Part shown: in pieces, positions 1 to 10,118 of the stretch
Position numbering within the stretch: position 1 is the stretch's first letter
Layout of the letters: the number at the start of each line of letters is the position of its first letter
IMG/VR virus record: IMGVR_UViG_3300009128_000003
Span: 32,001 to 96,000 of that record
Source of the DNA: a virus
Length of the DNA stretch: 64,000 bases
Direction: 5' to 3' (one strand)
Translations under genes and position numbers: made by a program
The notes under the pieces: model-generated
Told to the model about the DNA's origin: nothing
Seen by the model: the letters and a program-made list of their open reading frames with translations, nothing else
Databases searched by the model: none

Positions 1-3000
1 TTCCTAAGTCTGTGAGATCAAATCCTTTAGGTGAAATTTTCTGGGGAACTGATGGATCAAACCCGCGTGGGGGGATAAAGATATAAGTCCCGGGATAGGT
101 TTGCACGTTGGCGAAAGAGTCGATTTCAACATCGTATACAACGCGCAGTTGTCTTAGTCCATCATAGCCGTCTTGTTCAAAGCGGACCTCTGCCAGTCCT
201 TTTGTGGACGTCTTCGACAGTTTAATCGTTTTAACGAGCCCCTTATCCCTCCCGAGAAAATAGTGTTGAATTCCTCGATCTTCATCTTGGCACCGCACAC
301 CATTCATTTTCTCCGTTGGCATTGTCCGACCAGCAAAAAATACAAAATAGTTCATTTCGTTGGCGAGTGGTGCATAGGTGGTTGCGGTGCCAGTGTTGCC
401 ATTCACGTTAAGGACCGGTAAGGTATTGTTGCCCGGCGTAAAGGAATCCCCAAGTATGCCAGTGCACTGGACCCTGCCGCCGCTCTTTACTTCGTGAGTT
501 ACACGACCCTTAAAGTCTGAAAGATTTATGCGGGAGGCGGCAGGACCCATTATAGCTTGGATCTTATAAGTTAGATCGTCGATCAGTTTATTCTTTTCCC
601 TATATTTTTCGGGCACAAAGCTCGTAAGAACTGCTTGATTAACGCGGACTTTCTGTCCGACGTTATAAATAAAGCAAGTATCGTTGTTTAAAAAGTCACG
701 AATGAGGGTGTTGAAAAAGTCATTTAAAAATTTAGTCAATGGATAAACCGTCTCTTCCCTCTGCAATACTTTAGCTGTCAACCACTCCACAAAATACTTA
801 ACAGAAATAGGGATATCTCCAAAATTAACGAATGCGCTGGGGGCACCCTCTGCAACTTTGTGGTGCACAAACTCGACCGGACCAAACAAAAGTCTGAGGC
901 GTTTAAAATTTTGACGGTAAAGCTTTAACTGGCGTATCTTCTCGTTTATGGCGCACTTAGTAAATGTCCCCTTCTTGAGTTCGGCTTCAAGCAGACCTTC
1001 TAGACTGTGCCATTCTGCCTCAATATTATAGAGCACCTGATCGATAAGGTCGCTAACATAAAAGAACGGCAAATTGTTATCGTTGGGGTTGACCGCCAAC
1101 AATGACGCAGCAACTTGCTTTTTGGTGCCGGAGTCTAGGCTCGTACCCCCTCCGGCTTTGGTGTATCCGGCTTCTCCACTCTTTGTGTTATTAAGGGTGT
1201 ATTCAATTGCGGATGCCACGCGGCTCCCATAGTCATCATCATTCATAATAAAATTGCCGGCGCGGTGAGCATCATGATATTCTTTATAATCTGCAAATGG
1301 ACCTGTTTGTACGAATCTTTTAAGCTTGTCTGTCGGTATGTTAATATAGAATATTTTGTCGCTACAGGACAAGCTCCACAACAGCTTGCTTACTGATTTG
1401 ATCGCGTCATCTTGGACTTCGGCAGCAAATGTAGCTTTGGCATTTGCCAAAATATCGGCGGGGGTTGCAGTCTTTTTCTTATCGTCACCCTCGTCGCCCG
1501 TGGGTGCAGCCGCTGGCTCGGCGGCACTTCCTCCGCAGTGACGCTGCAGTTCGTCGAGCTTAAGCCCCCTCTTGATGCGATTCATGGCGATGACGCCGGT
1601 AGGGTCCGCGAAAGCGTTATAGCCGGACTGATCGAAAAAGTCTTCCACGTACGCCAAATAATTAATGTTGAACGTCACGCGCCCTTGCTCATCAAACTCA
1701 AAGTTATGGATGGTGGGCGTCAAGTTTAATGTAACAAATGAATCATCCAGCGCTTTTTGTAGCTGGTCCGATCGGTTCGCCCTGAGTCCACTGAGTCCCG
1801 TGGGTGCGCTCCAACCAACGACTGCCTTCAGTCTAAAGTTTAATTTGGCGAGATTCTCGTTCTCCTCCATCGCTGCGATGTAATCAGCAGGAGTCTCGCA
1901 GCTTTGTTCGCCGGCGCCTTTTGGCTTTCCGGTTTTAAGAGCCAAATCAACGTAGTTATAAATATGCCTGTTTCCGTTATTTGTTTCTCCGCGTCTATCA
2001 AGTAGCAGTTCATTAAAGCTATTAGCAAAAATCTTCAGATTTGCTTTAATACTCTTTTTGGCGGCGAAAGGATTGCTGCCATCGTATGTAAAGTTAAAAC
2101 TCTTTAACCCAACCCCGCCGCCACGAGATTCGCGCTTCATAAAGCTTATTAACTCTTCATTATTAAAATGCGAACTAAATTTAATCTCAACCTCTTGCTC
2201 CTCTCCGTTCGGTCCATAAATAACTTTAAAAAGCCGTATGCGTGGCTGTAAATTAGACACTTCCCAATTTTCAATATTATAAAGAGCGGGAGCATAGGGG
2301 CTGGCAGTGAGCTTGTTGATGAATCCATACGGATCGCCGTCGACTAGCAAGCAAGCATTTGCCATGTGATCATTTTTTCGACCCCGGGCGCCTGTAGCTT
2401 TGGGGAATTCAGGGGAGCGTTTAACTTTTGTATATGGGAGTGATTTGTGGCTCCCTAAGCTAGTCCCTTTGCCGCCGGTCGGCTTTAGCGTCCCGGTGCC
2501 TATTTTCCATACTTTATAATCATCCTCGGTGTATGTTCCTAAATCTAAAGTTCTCTTTTTATAATTGGAGATTATGCCTACAAAACTGAGCAAGAAGCAT
2601 TGTTCTTTGTATAATACTTTCTCGGGGGAAAGCCCGAAAGCTCCGACTTGCTTGTCGGCGTCACCGCGCAATTTCGCGACTAACGCATTTAACTGGTCAT
2701 TCCACTTGCCGCCGCCGAAAAAATCCCTGATCGGTCCGTGTCCTTCCTCTTCTAAGAGCGCTTGGATCTCCTCATTGAGTTTGTCGTCAGCCGCCTTATC
2801 CGCATCCCAGACACATTGGACAGCTTCAAGGAGCTTTTTATGATACTGCGCCATCTGATTGGCAACCAACTTAAAATTATTGGACATAGCTGTGACATGC
2901 TCTTTGTTCCAGCCCTTGTTGTTTGCAGAGCCCGCCGCGTTCCCCGTAGTTTCCGGAGGGAGGTCTGCCGGCAGGTTTCCGATCTGATCAGCAATCTTGA

Positions 3001-4441
3001 TCATTATCTCAGCCCACCAGCTTAAGTGTTGCTGTTGCAGCCCGGCGCTGTCGTTGGCTTCTTGCCCGGGGGTAGCAGCCGCGTCAGCTGTAGCCTCTGT
3101 CGGGGCGACTGCGGCGCCGGCAGCTTCTAACTGGGCGCCAAGCTCATCAACCTCCGTGGTGCCATACTGGTAGTCTGTATTTGCGACGGCATCCTTCGAG
3201 ACATCTTGCAGGTGGCTCATCCAAATTTGATTGACTGAGTTAGCTGGCCAATACGCCGGGGCGCCATATTTCAACACCCCCATGGGGGACGACCAAAAGG
3301 CTTGCGAATATATATTGCGGCGCTTTGACGTCCCACTGCCGATTAGAGAGATTGTCAAGGCTTGCAAGGCGCCGGGCACGCCGCTTTTGGCGGCATCAAT
3401 CTGTTCTTGAGATGGTCCGAAAGAGTCCGCATGCGTGTTAGTTTTATTAGCTTGACTGACGGCCAGGCTGGCTTGGTTCGACTCTATCATCTCTCCACAT
3501 ATCGCCCATGATTGGCGCAGAAGTGCCATTAGCCACGAATACCAATACCATGGGTAGCGTCCAGCAAAGTCAGTGCCCCCCATTGCGGTGAATATAGAAT
3601 GTGCTTTGTCGGCTTGGGGGTTGCTAAAATATTCGCCGGCGTAGCCCGTGTGCGGGTATGATCGCTGTGGTACATATAGATTAGGATGCGACCTCTTGTC
3701 CACCAAGTTGCTATTGCTCTCCAGATTAAAATATTGAGAGCCTCGTTCGCCGATCTGTACGGCTTCGGCGATGGAGCCCGCTGCAGCGGCGGTGTTGGGC
3801 TTGCCTGTCCACATTAATGGACTTGTTGCGCCGGGTTTTATTTGGGCGTCCATTCGCGTTGTTTGATCAGATGTTTGGATGAATCCGGTGGGAGCGCCGT
3901 ACAGCAGTTGAGTGTGGACGTCTCCGACAAGGTAAGGGACACCCAGAACAGGTTGTTGTTGTCGCTGCATCCCGGGGTTCGCGCTGTCCATGGAGCCGGC
4001 GCCTGCAGATGCAATATCCCTAGCGAAGGTTTTCCGGGTGGTGATGGCGCCTTCCATTTCCGGTATCCCATAAATGGATTCAAAGAGAACTCCGCTCACT
4101 CCTTCCAGCGCTTCTAACATTTTCGTACGGATTTCTATAAATTGTTCGGCGCACTCGATGATTTGCTGTGCAGACGCGTCCATCTGTGGGGAAACTGCGG
4201 CTACAACGCCTTCTGCTAATTCGTATAGTTCTATATCTTCAGAGGTGCCGTACTCAATATCACATTTGGCGGCGCATGCCTCCCATACAGCTTTCTCTTC
4301 AGCGGTCCAGTGGCGGTCGCCGGATTCAGCCGCTCCCCGGGCATCGGTGGTGCCAGCCTCCCCACAGGCTGCGCGGCATTTGGCGCGACCCTCTCTGATG
4401 GCTGAGGTGGGTTGCCCCATCTGAGATTCTGCAATTGCCAT
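1..4441 (-). CDS. Large baseplate hub-like virion protein (about 1480 codons in window, 3' end outside)
   Basis: Absent from the ORF track, consistent with running off the edge without a stop. ATG at 4441 (MAIAESQMGQPT), 1 nt after the LysM gene stop. Open wherever I translated it (GVGLKSFNFTYDGSNPF, LNLTPTIHNFEFDEQGRVTFNINY, LRVVYDVEIDSFANVQTYPG). Position after tape measure, tube initiators and LysM fits a gp27-like hub. Confidence 0.6.
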   Translation of the reverse strand, partial: MAIAESQMGQPTSAIREGRAKCRAACGEAGTTDARGAAESGDRHWTAEEKAVWEACAAKCDIEYGTSEDIELYELAEGVVAAVSPQMDASAQQIIECAEQFIEIRTKMLEALEGVSGVLFESIYGIPEMEGAITTRKTFARDIASAGAGSMDSANPGMQRQQQPVLGVPYLVGDVHTQLLYGAPTGFIQTSDQTTRMDAQIKPGATSPLMWTGKPNTAAAAGSIAEAVQIGERGSQYFNLESNSNLVDKRSHPNLYVPQRSYPHTGYAGEYFSNPQADKAHSIFTAMGGTDFAGRYPWYWYSWLMALLRQSWAICGEMIESNQASLAVSQANKTNTHADSFGPSQEQIDAAKSGVPGALQALTISLIGSGTSKRRNIYSQAFWSSPMGVLKYGAPAYWPANSVNQIWMSHLQDVSKDAVANTDYQYGTTEVDELGAQLEAAGAAVAPTEATADAAATPGQEANDSAGLQQQHLSWWAEIMIKIADQIGNLPADLPPETTGNAAGSANNKGWNKEHVTAMSNNFKLVANQMAQYHKKLLEAVQCVWDADKAADDKLNEEIQALLEEEGHGPIRDFFGGGKWNDQLNALVAKLRGDADKQVGAFGLSPEKVLYKEQCFLLSFVGIISNYKKRTLDLGTYTEDDYKVWKIGTGTLKPTGGKGTSLGSHKSLPYTKVKRSPEFPKATGARGRKNDHMANACLLVDGDPYGFINKLTASPYAPALYNIENWEVSNLQPRIRLFKVIYGPNGEEQEVEIKFSSHFNNEELISFMKRESRGGGVGLKSFNFTYDGSNPFAAKKSIKANLKIFANSFNELLLDRRGETNNGNRHIYNYVDLALKTGKPKGAGEQSCETPADYIAAMEENENLAKLNFRLKAVVGWSAPTGLSGLRANRSDQLQKALDDSFVTLNLTPTIHNFEFDEQGRVTFNINYLAYVEDFFDQSGYNAFADPTGVIAMNRIKRGLKLDELQRHCGGSAAEPAAAPTGDEGDDKKKTATPADILANAKATFAAEVQDDAIKSVSKLLWSLSCSDKIFYINIPTDKLKRFVQTGPFADYKEYHDAHRAGNFIMNDDDYGSRVASAIEYTLNNTKSGEAGYTKAGGGTSLDSGTKKQVAASLLAVNPNDNNLPFFYVSDLIDQVLYNIEAEWHSLEGLLEAELKKGTFTKCAINEKIRQLKLYRQNFKRLRLLFGPVEFVHHKVAEGAPSAFVNFGDIPISVKYFVEWLTAKVLQREETVYPLTKFLNDFFNTLIRDFLNNDTCFIYNVGQKVRVNQAVLTSFVPEKYREKNKLIDDLTYKIQAIMGPAASRINLSDFKGRVTHEVKSGGRVQCTGILGDSFTPGNNTLPVLNVNGNTGTATTYAPLANEMNYFVFFAGRTMPTEKMNGVRCQDEDRGIQHYFLGRDKGLVKTIKLSKTSTKGLAEVRFEQDGYDGLRQLRVVYDVEIDSFANVQTYPGTYIFIPPRGFDPSVPQKISPKGFDLTDLG

Positions 4442-4442
4442 A

Positions 4443-4784
4443 TTACGATGCCCCCACTGTTCTTAAGACTCGTTCGAGATCTAATGGAATGTAGATGAGA
4501 TCACCGGTTTTGATGTCTGCTTCTGTTGGGTATCCGTTGAACCAAGCAATCACCCACCAGTAGTTAATGTTGTTATAATACTGATCTGCTAGCTTGTAAT
4601 AGCGATCCCCATACGCCCAGATATGAGCGGATGTCTTTAAGGAGATTCGATCTGCTAAATCAGGCATTCTAAGTGTTGGTGTTGCATATTGCACAATATT
4701 CTTGATGCCTCCGCGCTCTTTGCGCAAAAACTCATAAAACTCAATAAAGTTATTTAGGATTGTATCGTTGGTATATCTTGACAT
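4443..4784 (-). CDS. LysM-domain baseplate protein (T4 gp53-like)
   Basis: LysM-like pattern GDRYYKLADQYY..YWWVIAWFN..IKTGDLIYIP; typical position. Confidence 0.8.
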   Translation of the reverse strand: MSRYTNDTILNNFIEFYEFLRKERGGIKNIVQYATPTLRMPDLADRISLKTSAHIWAYGDRYYKLADQYYNNINYWWVIAWFNGYPTEADIKTGDLIYIPLDLERVLRTVGAS

Positions 4785-4787
4785 AGT

Positions 4788-5804
4788 TTATCCTTCCTCT
4801 CCCTCTGGTAAGTCCATGTCCTCCGGAGTAAGAACTCCGGTTGCATTCGCGCGCGCAATGGCGTCTGCGTTCGCTTGGTTGTTGGCTTTGGTGCCGGCGG
4901 CGGTGAGTTCCCCGATCCTCTTGAGGGCAGCATCCCTATTGGCTATGATGCTGAGCGCATTGTCTATAGTAGCTTGGTTTCGGCGCTTGGAGTTTTCTCT
5001 TTGTTTTATTAATTCGCTCGCTGCGGGGGCTTTCGCCGCATTTTGGAAGCTAGTTTCAACATCAACTTGATAGGGATAATTAGGGCTTTGTGATGTGCTG
5101 GTGATGTCGACGTCGGCGGTCCAGCCAATATGGTGTTCGTGAATCACACTAAAATCAAATTGAAGCTCTATCGCCTTGGGAACAATTGTGCCGGCAGCTA
5201 CCTCGAAAGAGCCCAGATCGGGGTTGGCAACATTATGATTAACTGTCAATCCGCCCATTGCTCCGAGTAGCCCATGAGTTGCGTCATTGGTATTAAAGAG
5301 ACTAGTGATTGAGTGCTTGCCGGTGGCAACGTTTGTGCCTCCGCCGTCGATATCTATTTCGGCTGTGTTTGCTGTTAACAGGTTCATGACTTTCAATCGT
5401 ATAAGGGGTGATTGTGTGATAATTCGTGCGGGCGGTGTGCCAACGGCGGCGTAAGTTGGATAGAGAAACTGAATTAGTTTTTGGATTTTTGCTAGATTGG
5501 TGTATCCTTCCATCACGGTCGAAGCGGGAACCATCAAGCCGATGCTTACTTTTCTTTGTGTGCCCTTAAAAATGCCTGTCGGGTCTGCACGACCGTAGAT
5601 CGATTCATTATTCCAATCGGAAGAATATGTTTCGTTAAATGATAGCAAAAAAGCTTTGAAGAAAACACTATTTCCGCTGGGAAGGTGTAAAAAGGATACC
5701 GTAAAGCCCGAGTTGGCTTTTGCATCGGAACCATCCACCATTGGAGATGAGGGTCCCCATGCAATGGCGTTAAATTTCTTGTTCTGTGGTTTTTCGTTTG
5801 GCAT
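4788..5804 (-). CDS. Tail tube initiator-like baseplate protein, paralog 2
   Basis: FNETYSSDWNNESIYGRADP..FKGTQRKVS..LIQFLYPTY..SPLIRLK; tube-like motif; paralog of 5832..7145. Confidence 0.6.
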   Translation of the reverse strand: MPNEKPQNKKFNAIAWGPSSPMVDGSDAKANSGFTVSFLHLPSGNSVFFKAFLLSFNETYSSDWNNESIYGRADPTGIFKGTQRKVSIGLMVPASTVMEGYTNLAKIQKLIQFLYPTYAAVGTPPARIITQSPLIRLKVMNLLTANTAEIDIDGGGTNVATGKHSITSLFNTNDATHGLLGAMGGLTVNHNVANPDLGSFEVAAGTIVPKAIELQFDFSVIHEHHIGWTADVDITSTSQSPNYPYQVDVETSFQNAAKAPAASELIKQRENSKRRNQATIDNALSIIANRDAALKRIGELTAAGTKANNQANADAIARANATGVLTPEDMDLPEGEEG

Positions 5805-5831
5805 ATCTTATGTTGTGTTCCTTGGCTTGTT

Positions 5832-7145
5832 TTACTGGATGTTAATCAGCGCATCGTCGATGCCGCCTTGCCGAAGGGCTTCCATCTCGGCATTCCAACT
5901 TGCCTTGGTCTCCGCTATGGCAGCATTGACGGTTGCTTGATCGGCATAGTACTCTGCTGCTTGATCGGCGGTGTAGGTTTTGGTTACGTCATTAAACGTG
6001 ATGGTGCCCCCCCTAAAAACCTCAGTTGCAGCAACAGCCACCGTTGCCTTCGCTGAGTCTTTCTGTTGCTGGTTTACTTTCGGCGGCGGCGAGGCTTCTT
6101 CTGCGACTTCTGCTGCTGCTGCAGCGGGAGCGGTGGGGGGCGGTGTGGCGGCGACCTCTGCTGCTGCGATTGCGGCGGCGGCTTTGGCTTTGGCGGCGGC
6201 GGCATATTTTTTCTTGGCGTTTGCTGCAGCATCGGCAGTCAAAAAAGTGTCGAGATTTAAACTATACGGGAAGTGAGGCATTGCGAATTCTAAGTCTTCG
6301 CTGCCGTCTACCACATCCCATCCCAGCGGGTGCTCGTGCAGCGCTGTGAAATCGAATTGAATTTCGATGGCTTTGGGTAAAATTGTGCCTTTGTTAATTT
6401 CAAAGGATCCTATGGAGGGATCGTGCACACCGTGATCGATTGTTAAATTACTAACTTGCCCCAACACGCCATCGGCGGCATTATTGCTGTTTTTAAGTGT
6501 GTTCATATCGGCAGAATCAGCAAAGGATGTGGCGGCTGCTGCTGGCTCTATCATATTGATGGGAGCCTTAGATAATAGATTCATAATCTTGAGGCGGATA
6601 AGAGGAGATTGAGTGATACTGAGGGCATTTGCTTCGTCTTCGTATGTGGGGTATAGAAACTGGATTAGTTTTTGGAGTCTCGACAAATTCTCGAAACCTT
6701 CACCGACCGTTGCTGCCGGTATCTTTAAGCCCACGCTCACTGTGCGCGTCGTATTTTTAAACATAACAATGGGATCTGGGCGCCCAAAGACGGTTTCTGT
6801 TGCCCACTCGCTTTTATAAGTTTCATTAAACGCTGTTAAAAAGGCTTTAAGGTAAATGCTTTCTTCGCTAGGCACGTGCTGGAACGAGACTGTAAACCCT
6901 GCGTTACCCTTTGCATCGGAACCATCAGGTCCGTAGATGTGCTTATAGGTCTGGGTTTGTAGTTGTCCATCGGATAAGTTGCCTTGGGCTTTTGCCGCGG
7001 CAGCAGCCACCGTCGCTTTACTAAATTTGGCGGCAGTCCCAATAGCTGCGGCATCTTGCGCCAATTGGGCGCCAGTCTTACCGGTCTTAACAAATTGTCC
7101 TAATTTGCCGGCATTAAAGTTTTTGCTGTCATCATTTGTTCCCAT
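5832..7145 (-). CDS. Tail tube initiator-like baseplate protein, paralog 1
   Basis: FNETYKSEWATETVFGRPDP..FKNTTRTVS..LIQFLYPTY..SPLIRLK; directly after tape measure; Ala/Pro-rich linker. Confidence 0.6.
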   Translation of the reverse strand: MGTNDDSKNFNAGKLGQFVKTGKTGAQLAQDAAAIGTAAKFSKATVAAAAAKAQGNLSDGQLQTQTYKHIYGPDGSDAKGNAGFTVSFQHVPSEESIYLKAFLTAFNETYKSEWATETVFGRPDPIVMFKNTTRTVSVGLKIPAATVGEGFENLSRLQKLIQFLYPTYEDEANALSITQSPLIRLKIMNLLSKAPINMIEPAAAATSFADSADMNTLKNSNNAADGVLGQVSNLTIDHGVHDPSIGSFEINKGTILPKAIEIQFDFTALHEHPLGWDVVDGSEDLEFAMPHFPYSLNLDTFLTADAAANAKKKYAAAAKAKAAAAIAAAEVAATPPPTAPAAAAAEVAEEASPPPKVNQQQKDSAKATVAVAATEVFRGGTITFNDVTKTYTADQAAEYYADQATVNAAIAETKASWNAEMEALRQGGIDDALINIQ

Positions 7146-7156
7146 TAAATTTCTCC

Positions 7157-9796
7157 TTACGATTCGTTAAAAATCGCCTCGCGGGCTTCGATTCCCGATT
7201 GTGTCTTGTGTATGCTAATTACCTTCTTCTCCAAAACATTGCTGTCCAATTTAAGATTTACAGTAACTTGCGCGATCTCGGAACTTCGGGCGGGAGCGGC
7301 AGCAGCTGTCGCAGTAGCTGGTGCGTGTGTGCGGTTCATAGCTGCGATGGCAGTTGCTGCCAAATCTGTAGCTTCCATAACCGCCTGAAAGCGGAAAAGG
7401 GCGTACCTTGGCATGTCGTCCATGGCGTCTGCAACGCGCTCGATGACTTCGGCTACTTCGCGGAATTGTCCCAGCTTAAGCTCGGCTAAAGCCTGCGCAA
7501 AATCAGCGACTGACCTGAGTTTTGATTTGCTGATCAGCATCAGTCCGAATGCCATCGCAAAAAAGCCGCCTCCCATGGCAGCGAGCCCTAACGCCCCTAA
7601 AAATAAGAATGGCGCGCCTAACGCAATTGCTGCCATAAATGTACCAACGCCCAGCAGTTTGGGCAAGTCAATGGCTTCAAATAATTTGGCAAAACCACTA
7701 GCCATGAGCCCCACGCCTGCTGCAGCAATGCCGATGGCGCCACCGATCATAAGTATTGTGGTGCCAAAGATCAGCAGTCCCCCAGCAACAGCCGGATTGG
7801 CCACTGCCATGCCAAGCGCCGACAGCGCAGGAGCAAGGAAATACGCACCAACACCAATCGCAACCAAAATCGCGCCCATTCCAGCCATTTGAGCCACATC
7901 GAGCAGCGAAAATGCTGCTGCCATAGCTGCTAGGCTGAGTGCCGCCATTGCTATGCCGGCGCCTACTTGCATAATCGGAAGTGCCAATCTTTGAATAGAA
8001 GCAGCGCCCTGATCACTAACCCTCGAAACAGCAAAGATGGCTGCGGCGAAGCTGAACATCGCCAAAACAAGCTTGGAGGGCGATGCTATCATGAATGCCG
8101 CGACTAGTCCGGCAAGGATGAGCCCTAATGCCCAGAGTCCTATGCTAGTTCGCTTGGAGGCTTTTTTGGCGGCGAGATCGGCAGCCTCGGTGCCGGCGGC
8201 TAGCCCCCACATGGACATTGTTGTAAGCGCATTTGCTGTAGCAACTCCCGCCATCATAACCTTCCATGAAACAAAAGCAGCTATGACCCCCTTTACGAAC
8301 GTTGGGCTCTTTTGAAGCCATGTCATTATCTTACTTAGGCTCTCAACATACGGAAGAATAGACTCGCCCAACTCAAGAAACACTGATTTGAGCTTTTCTT
8401 GAATTTTCATGTTCTCTTGTGCTTTTTCTTTTTGGGCGATTAGCTCGGCGGCTGATTGGTTGGTGGCGGCGCCTAAAGTATCCATGTTGCCAGACAGCAT
8501 AAGTGCCAAATCGCCGACGTCTGAGAGCCCCAAGGACTCCGTATAAAATTGTTTCTGATAGTACGACATGCTGTCGAATGAGAGCCCTGCGTCAAGGATG
8601 GAGTCGCGAATCATGCTAAAGCGTTCGGCTGGATCGGTCGCCATCATGAGATCCATGGCGTTTACGAAGTTTCCGCCGAGAGCGGCGTTAAGTTTTCCGG
8701 CTTGGTCTGCGGCGCCTTCGAACGTATCAAACTTATTGGTGATATTGAGGACCTTTTGCATCTCCATGCCGGTAATCTTTTGAATTCTCGCTAAGTCCTT
8801 GAATGCTCGAACGCCCTGCTCTCCAAATTTCGCCAATGCCGGTCCCATCTTGGCGTATTCTGCCGCCATTTGACCGGGAACGACGCCCAAAGCTTCGGCA
8901 GTTGATTTAAGTTCCAGTGCGGTGCTGCGGGCGCCCATGGCGCTCTGACTAAAATACTTGATGGAGTTCTGGACACCCTGCGCATAGTCTTGCGTGGCAA
9001 TGCCCAGATCGCCCAATACGGTGCCCACTTCAAGGAGTGCGTCTCGTTGACCTTTTTGCATCAGCGTATAGTCGGAGACCTGATTAATTAAGTCAGTCTG
9101 AGCTTTCGAGACCTCTTCTAACGTGGCGCCGTAGATGTTTAACTCGGTATATGTCTCTTCGATGCTCTTGGTATACGACTTGTTTAACTGAGTTGCTTTC
9201 TCGAAGTCTTTGGTGACAGCATCAAAAGAGAAGAGGAGGTCTTTGGTGACATCAATCAACATCCCAATGCCCTTGGAGGCTGCTTTGTCGATACCTTGCG
9301 ATGCTTTAGCCCAAGCTAGCGCGGCTTTTTTGCCTTCTTTGTGGGCTGCTGCCCACTTCAGTGTGTTCTTGTAAACTTTTTTCTGGAGGTCCGTGTAACC
9401 TCCGATTTCTTCGTTGATCTCTTCTTGTATGCCTTTGACTTCTTTTTGTGCCTCGACGATGTTTTTGAGTTCCTCATACGCCTTGAGGTGCTCTTCTTTG
9501 ATCTTTACGCCTTCTTTGAACTCCATCTCCATGAGTTTAAGCTTGGTTTGGTTAATCTCAAGCATCTGGCGTCCCAGCAGCAAATCATTGTCCTGAATAT
9601 CCTTGATTTGCTTTAGTTTGTTATAATATTCTTCGTATTTTATAACGCGGTCATTTAGGGTCTTTAGAGAGTCCTTCTCAACGAGCAGGCGCTCTTTATG
9701 TATCTGACTAATCGCCTCTTCTTTATCGATGCCCTCATCGAGGAGTTTGTTTAATCGTTCTCTCTCGGCAATATTAAATGTGGAATCATCAGCCAT
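7157..9796 (-). CDS. Tail tape measure protein
   Basis: 879 aa; coiled-coil N-half and Ala/Gly-rich hydrophobic helices in C-half; follows tube and chaperone genes. Confidence 0.85.
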   Translation of the reverse strand: MADDSTFNIAERERLNKLLDEGIDKEEAISQIHKERLLVEKDSLKTLNDRVIKYEEYYNKLKQIKDIQDNDLLLGRQMLEINQTKLKLMEMEFKEGVKIKEEHLKAYEELKNIVEAQKEVKGIQEEINEEIGGYTDLQKKVYKNTLKWAAAHKEGKKAALAWAKASQGIDKAASKGIGMLIDVTKDLLFSFDAVTKDFEKATQLNKSYTKSIEETYTELNIYGATLEEVSKAQTDLINQVSDYTLMQKGQRDALLEVGTVLGDLGIATQDYAQGVQNSIKYFSQSAMGARSTALELKSTAEALGVVPGQMAAEYAKMGPALAKFGEQGVRAFKDLARIQKITGMEMQKVLNITNKFDTFEGAADQAGKLNAALGGNFVNAMDLMMATDPAERFSMIRDSILDAGLSFDSMSYYQKQFYTESLGLSDVGDLALMLSGNMDTLGAATNQSAAELIAQKEKAQENMKIQEKLKSVFLELGESILPYVESLSKIMTWLQKSPTFVKGVIAAFVSWKVMMAGVATANALTTMSMWGLAAGTEAADLAAKKASKRTSIGLWALGLILAGLVAAFMIASPSKLVLAMFSFAAAIFAVSRVSDQGAASIQRLALPIMQVGAGIAMAALSLAAMAAAFSLLDVAQMAGMGAILVAIGVGAYFLAPALSALGMAVANPAVAGGLLIFGTTILMIGGAIGIAAAGVGLMASGFAKLFEAIDLPKLLGVGTFMAAIALGAPFLFLGALGLAAMGGGFFAMAFGLMLISKSKLRSVADFAQALAELKLGQFREVAEVIERVADAMDDMPRYALFRFQAVMEATDLAATAIAAMNRTHAPATATAAAAPARSSEIAQVTVNLKLDSNVLEKKVISIHKTQSGIEAREAIFNES

Positions 9797-9813
9797 ACAT
9801 TAGGTCTCCAAAA

Positions 9814-9821
9814 TAATTAGT
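9814..9821 (-). promoter_or_regulatory. Putative late promoter motif ACTAATTA
   Basis: Directly upstream of the tape-measure RBS; member of the recurring ACTAHTTA motif. Confidence 0.55.
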
Positions 9822-9865
9822 TATATACAAGAAAAGTCGAAGATATCGCTATCCTCGACTCAATT

Positions 9866-10118
9866 TCATTTATATTTAGATGGTGTTGCTGGCTGATTAT
9901 GGGCTGTCAGCGTCTGGGACCCTCTTTTGCTTCCTTTGGAAGCTTTTTCCATCGCCTCTGCTTCCATCTCCAACTGCTTCACAAGGCGTTTGACAAACCA
10001 TGTCCGCAATCCAAGGGGCAAGTTGTAGGCTTCGGAAAATGACCAACCGCCTGAATATTTTAAGAAGAAAAACTGTTCGTAGACGTTCTCAATGTACTCA
10101 TCGGTCAGGCCAAAAAAA
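9866..10118 (-). CDS. Tail assembly chaperone extension (gp51-like), probably reached by frameshift
   Basis: FFGLTDEYIENVYEQFFFLKYSGGWSFSEAYNLPLGLRTWFVKRL; no convincing own start or RBS; overlaps the upstream gene at a U7 run. Confidence 0.7.

Noticed and set aside
1-4441. Apparent 4.4-kb gene desert suggesting stop-codon recoding or ncRNA
   Set aside because: Explained by one minus-strand frame running off the window; other genes are intact under code 11.
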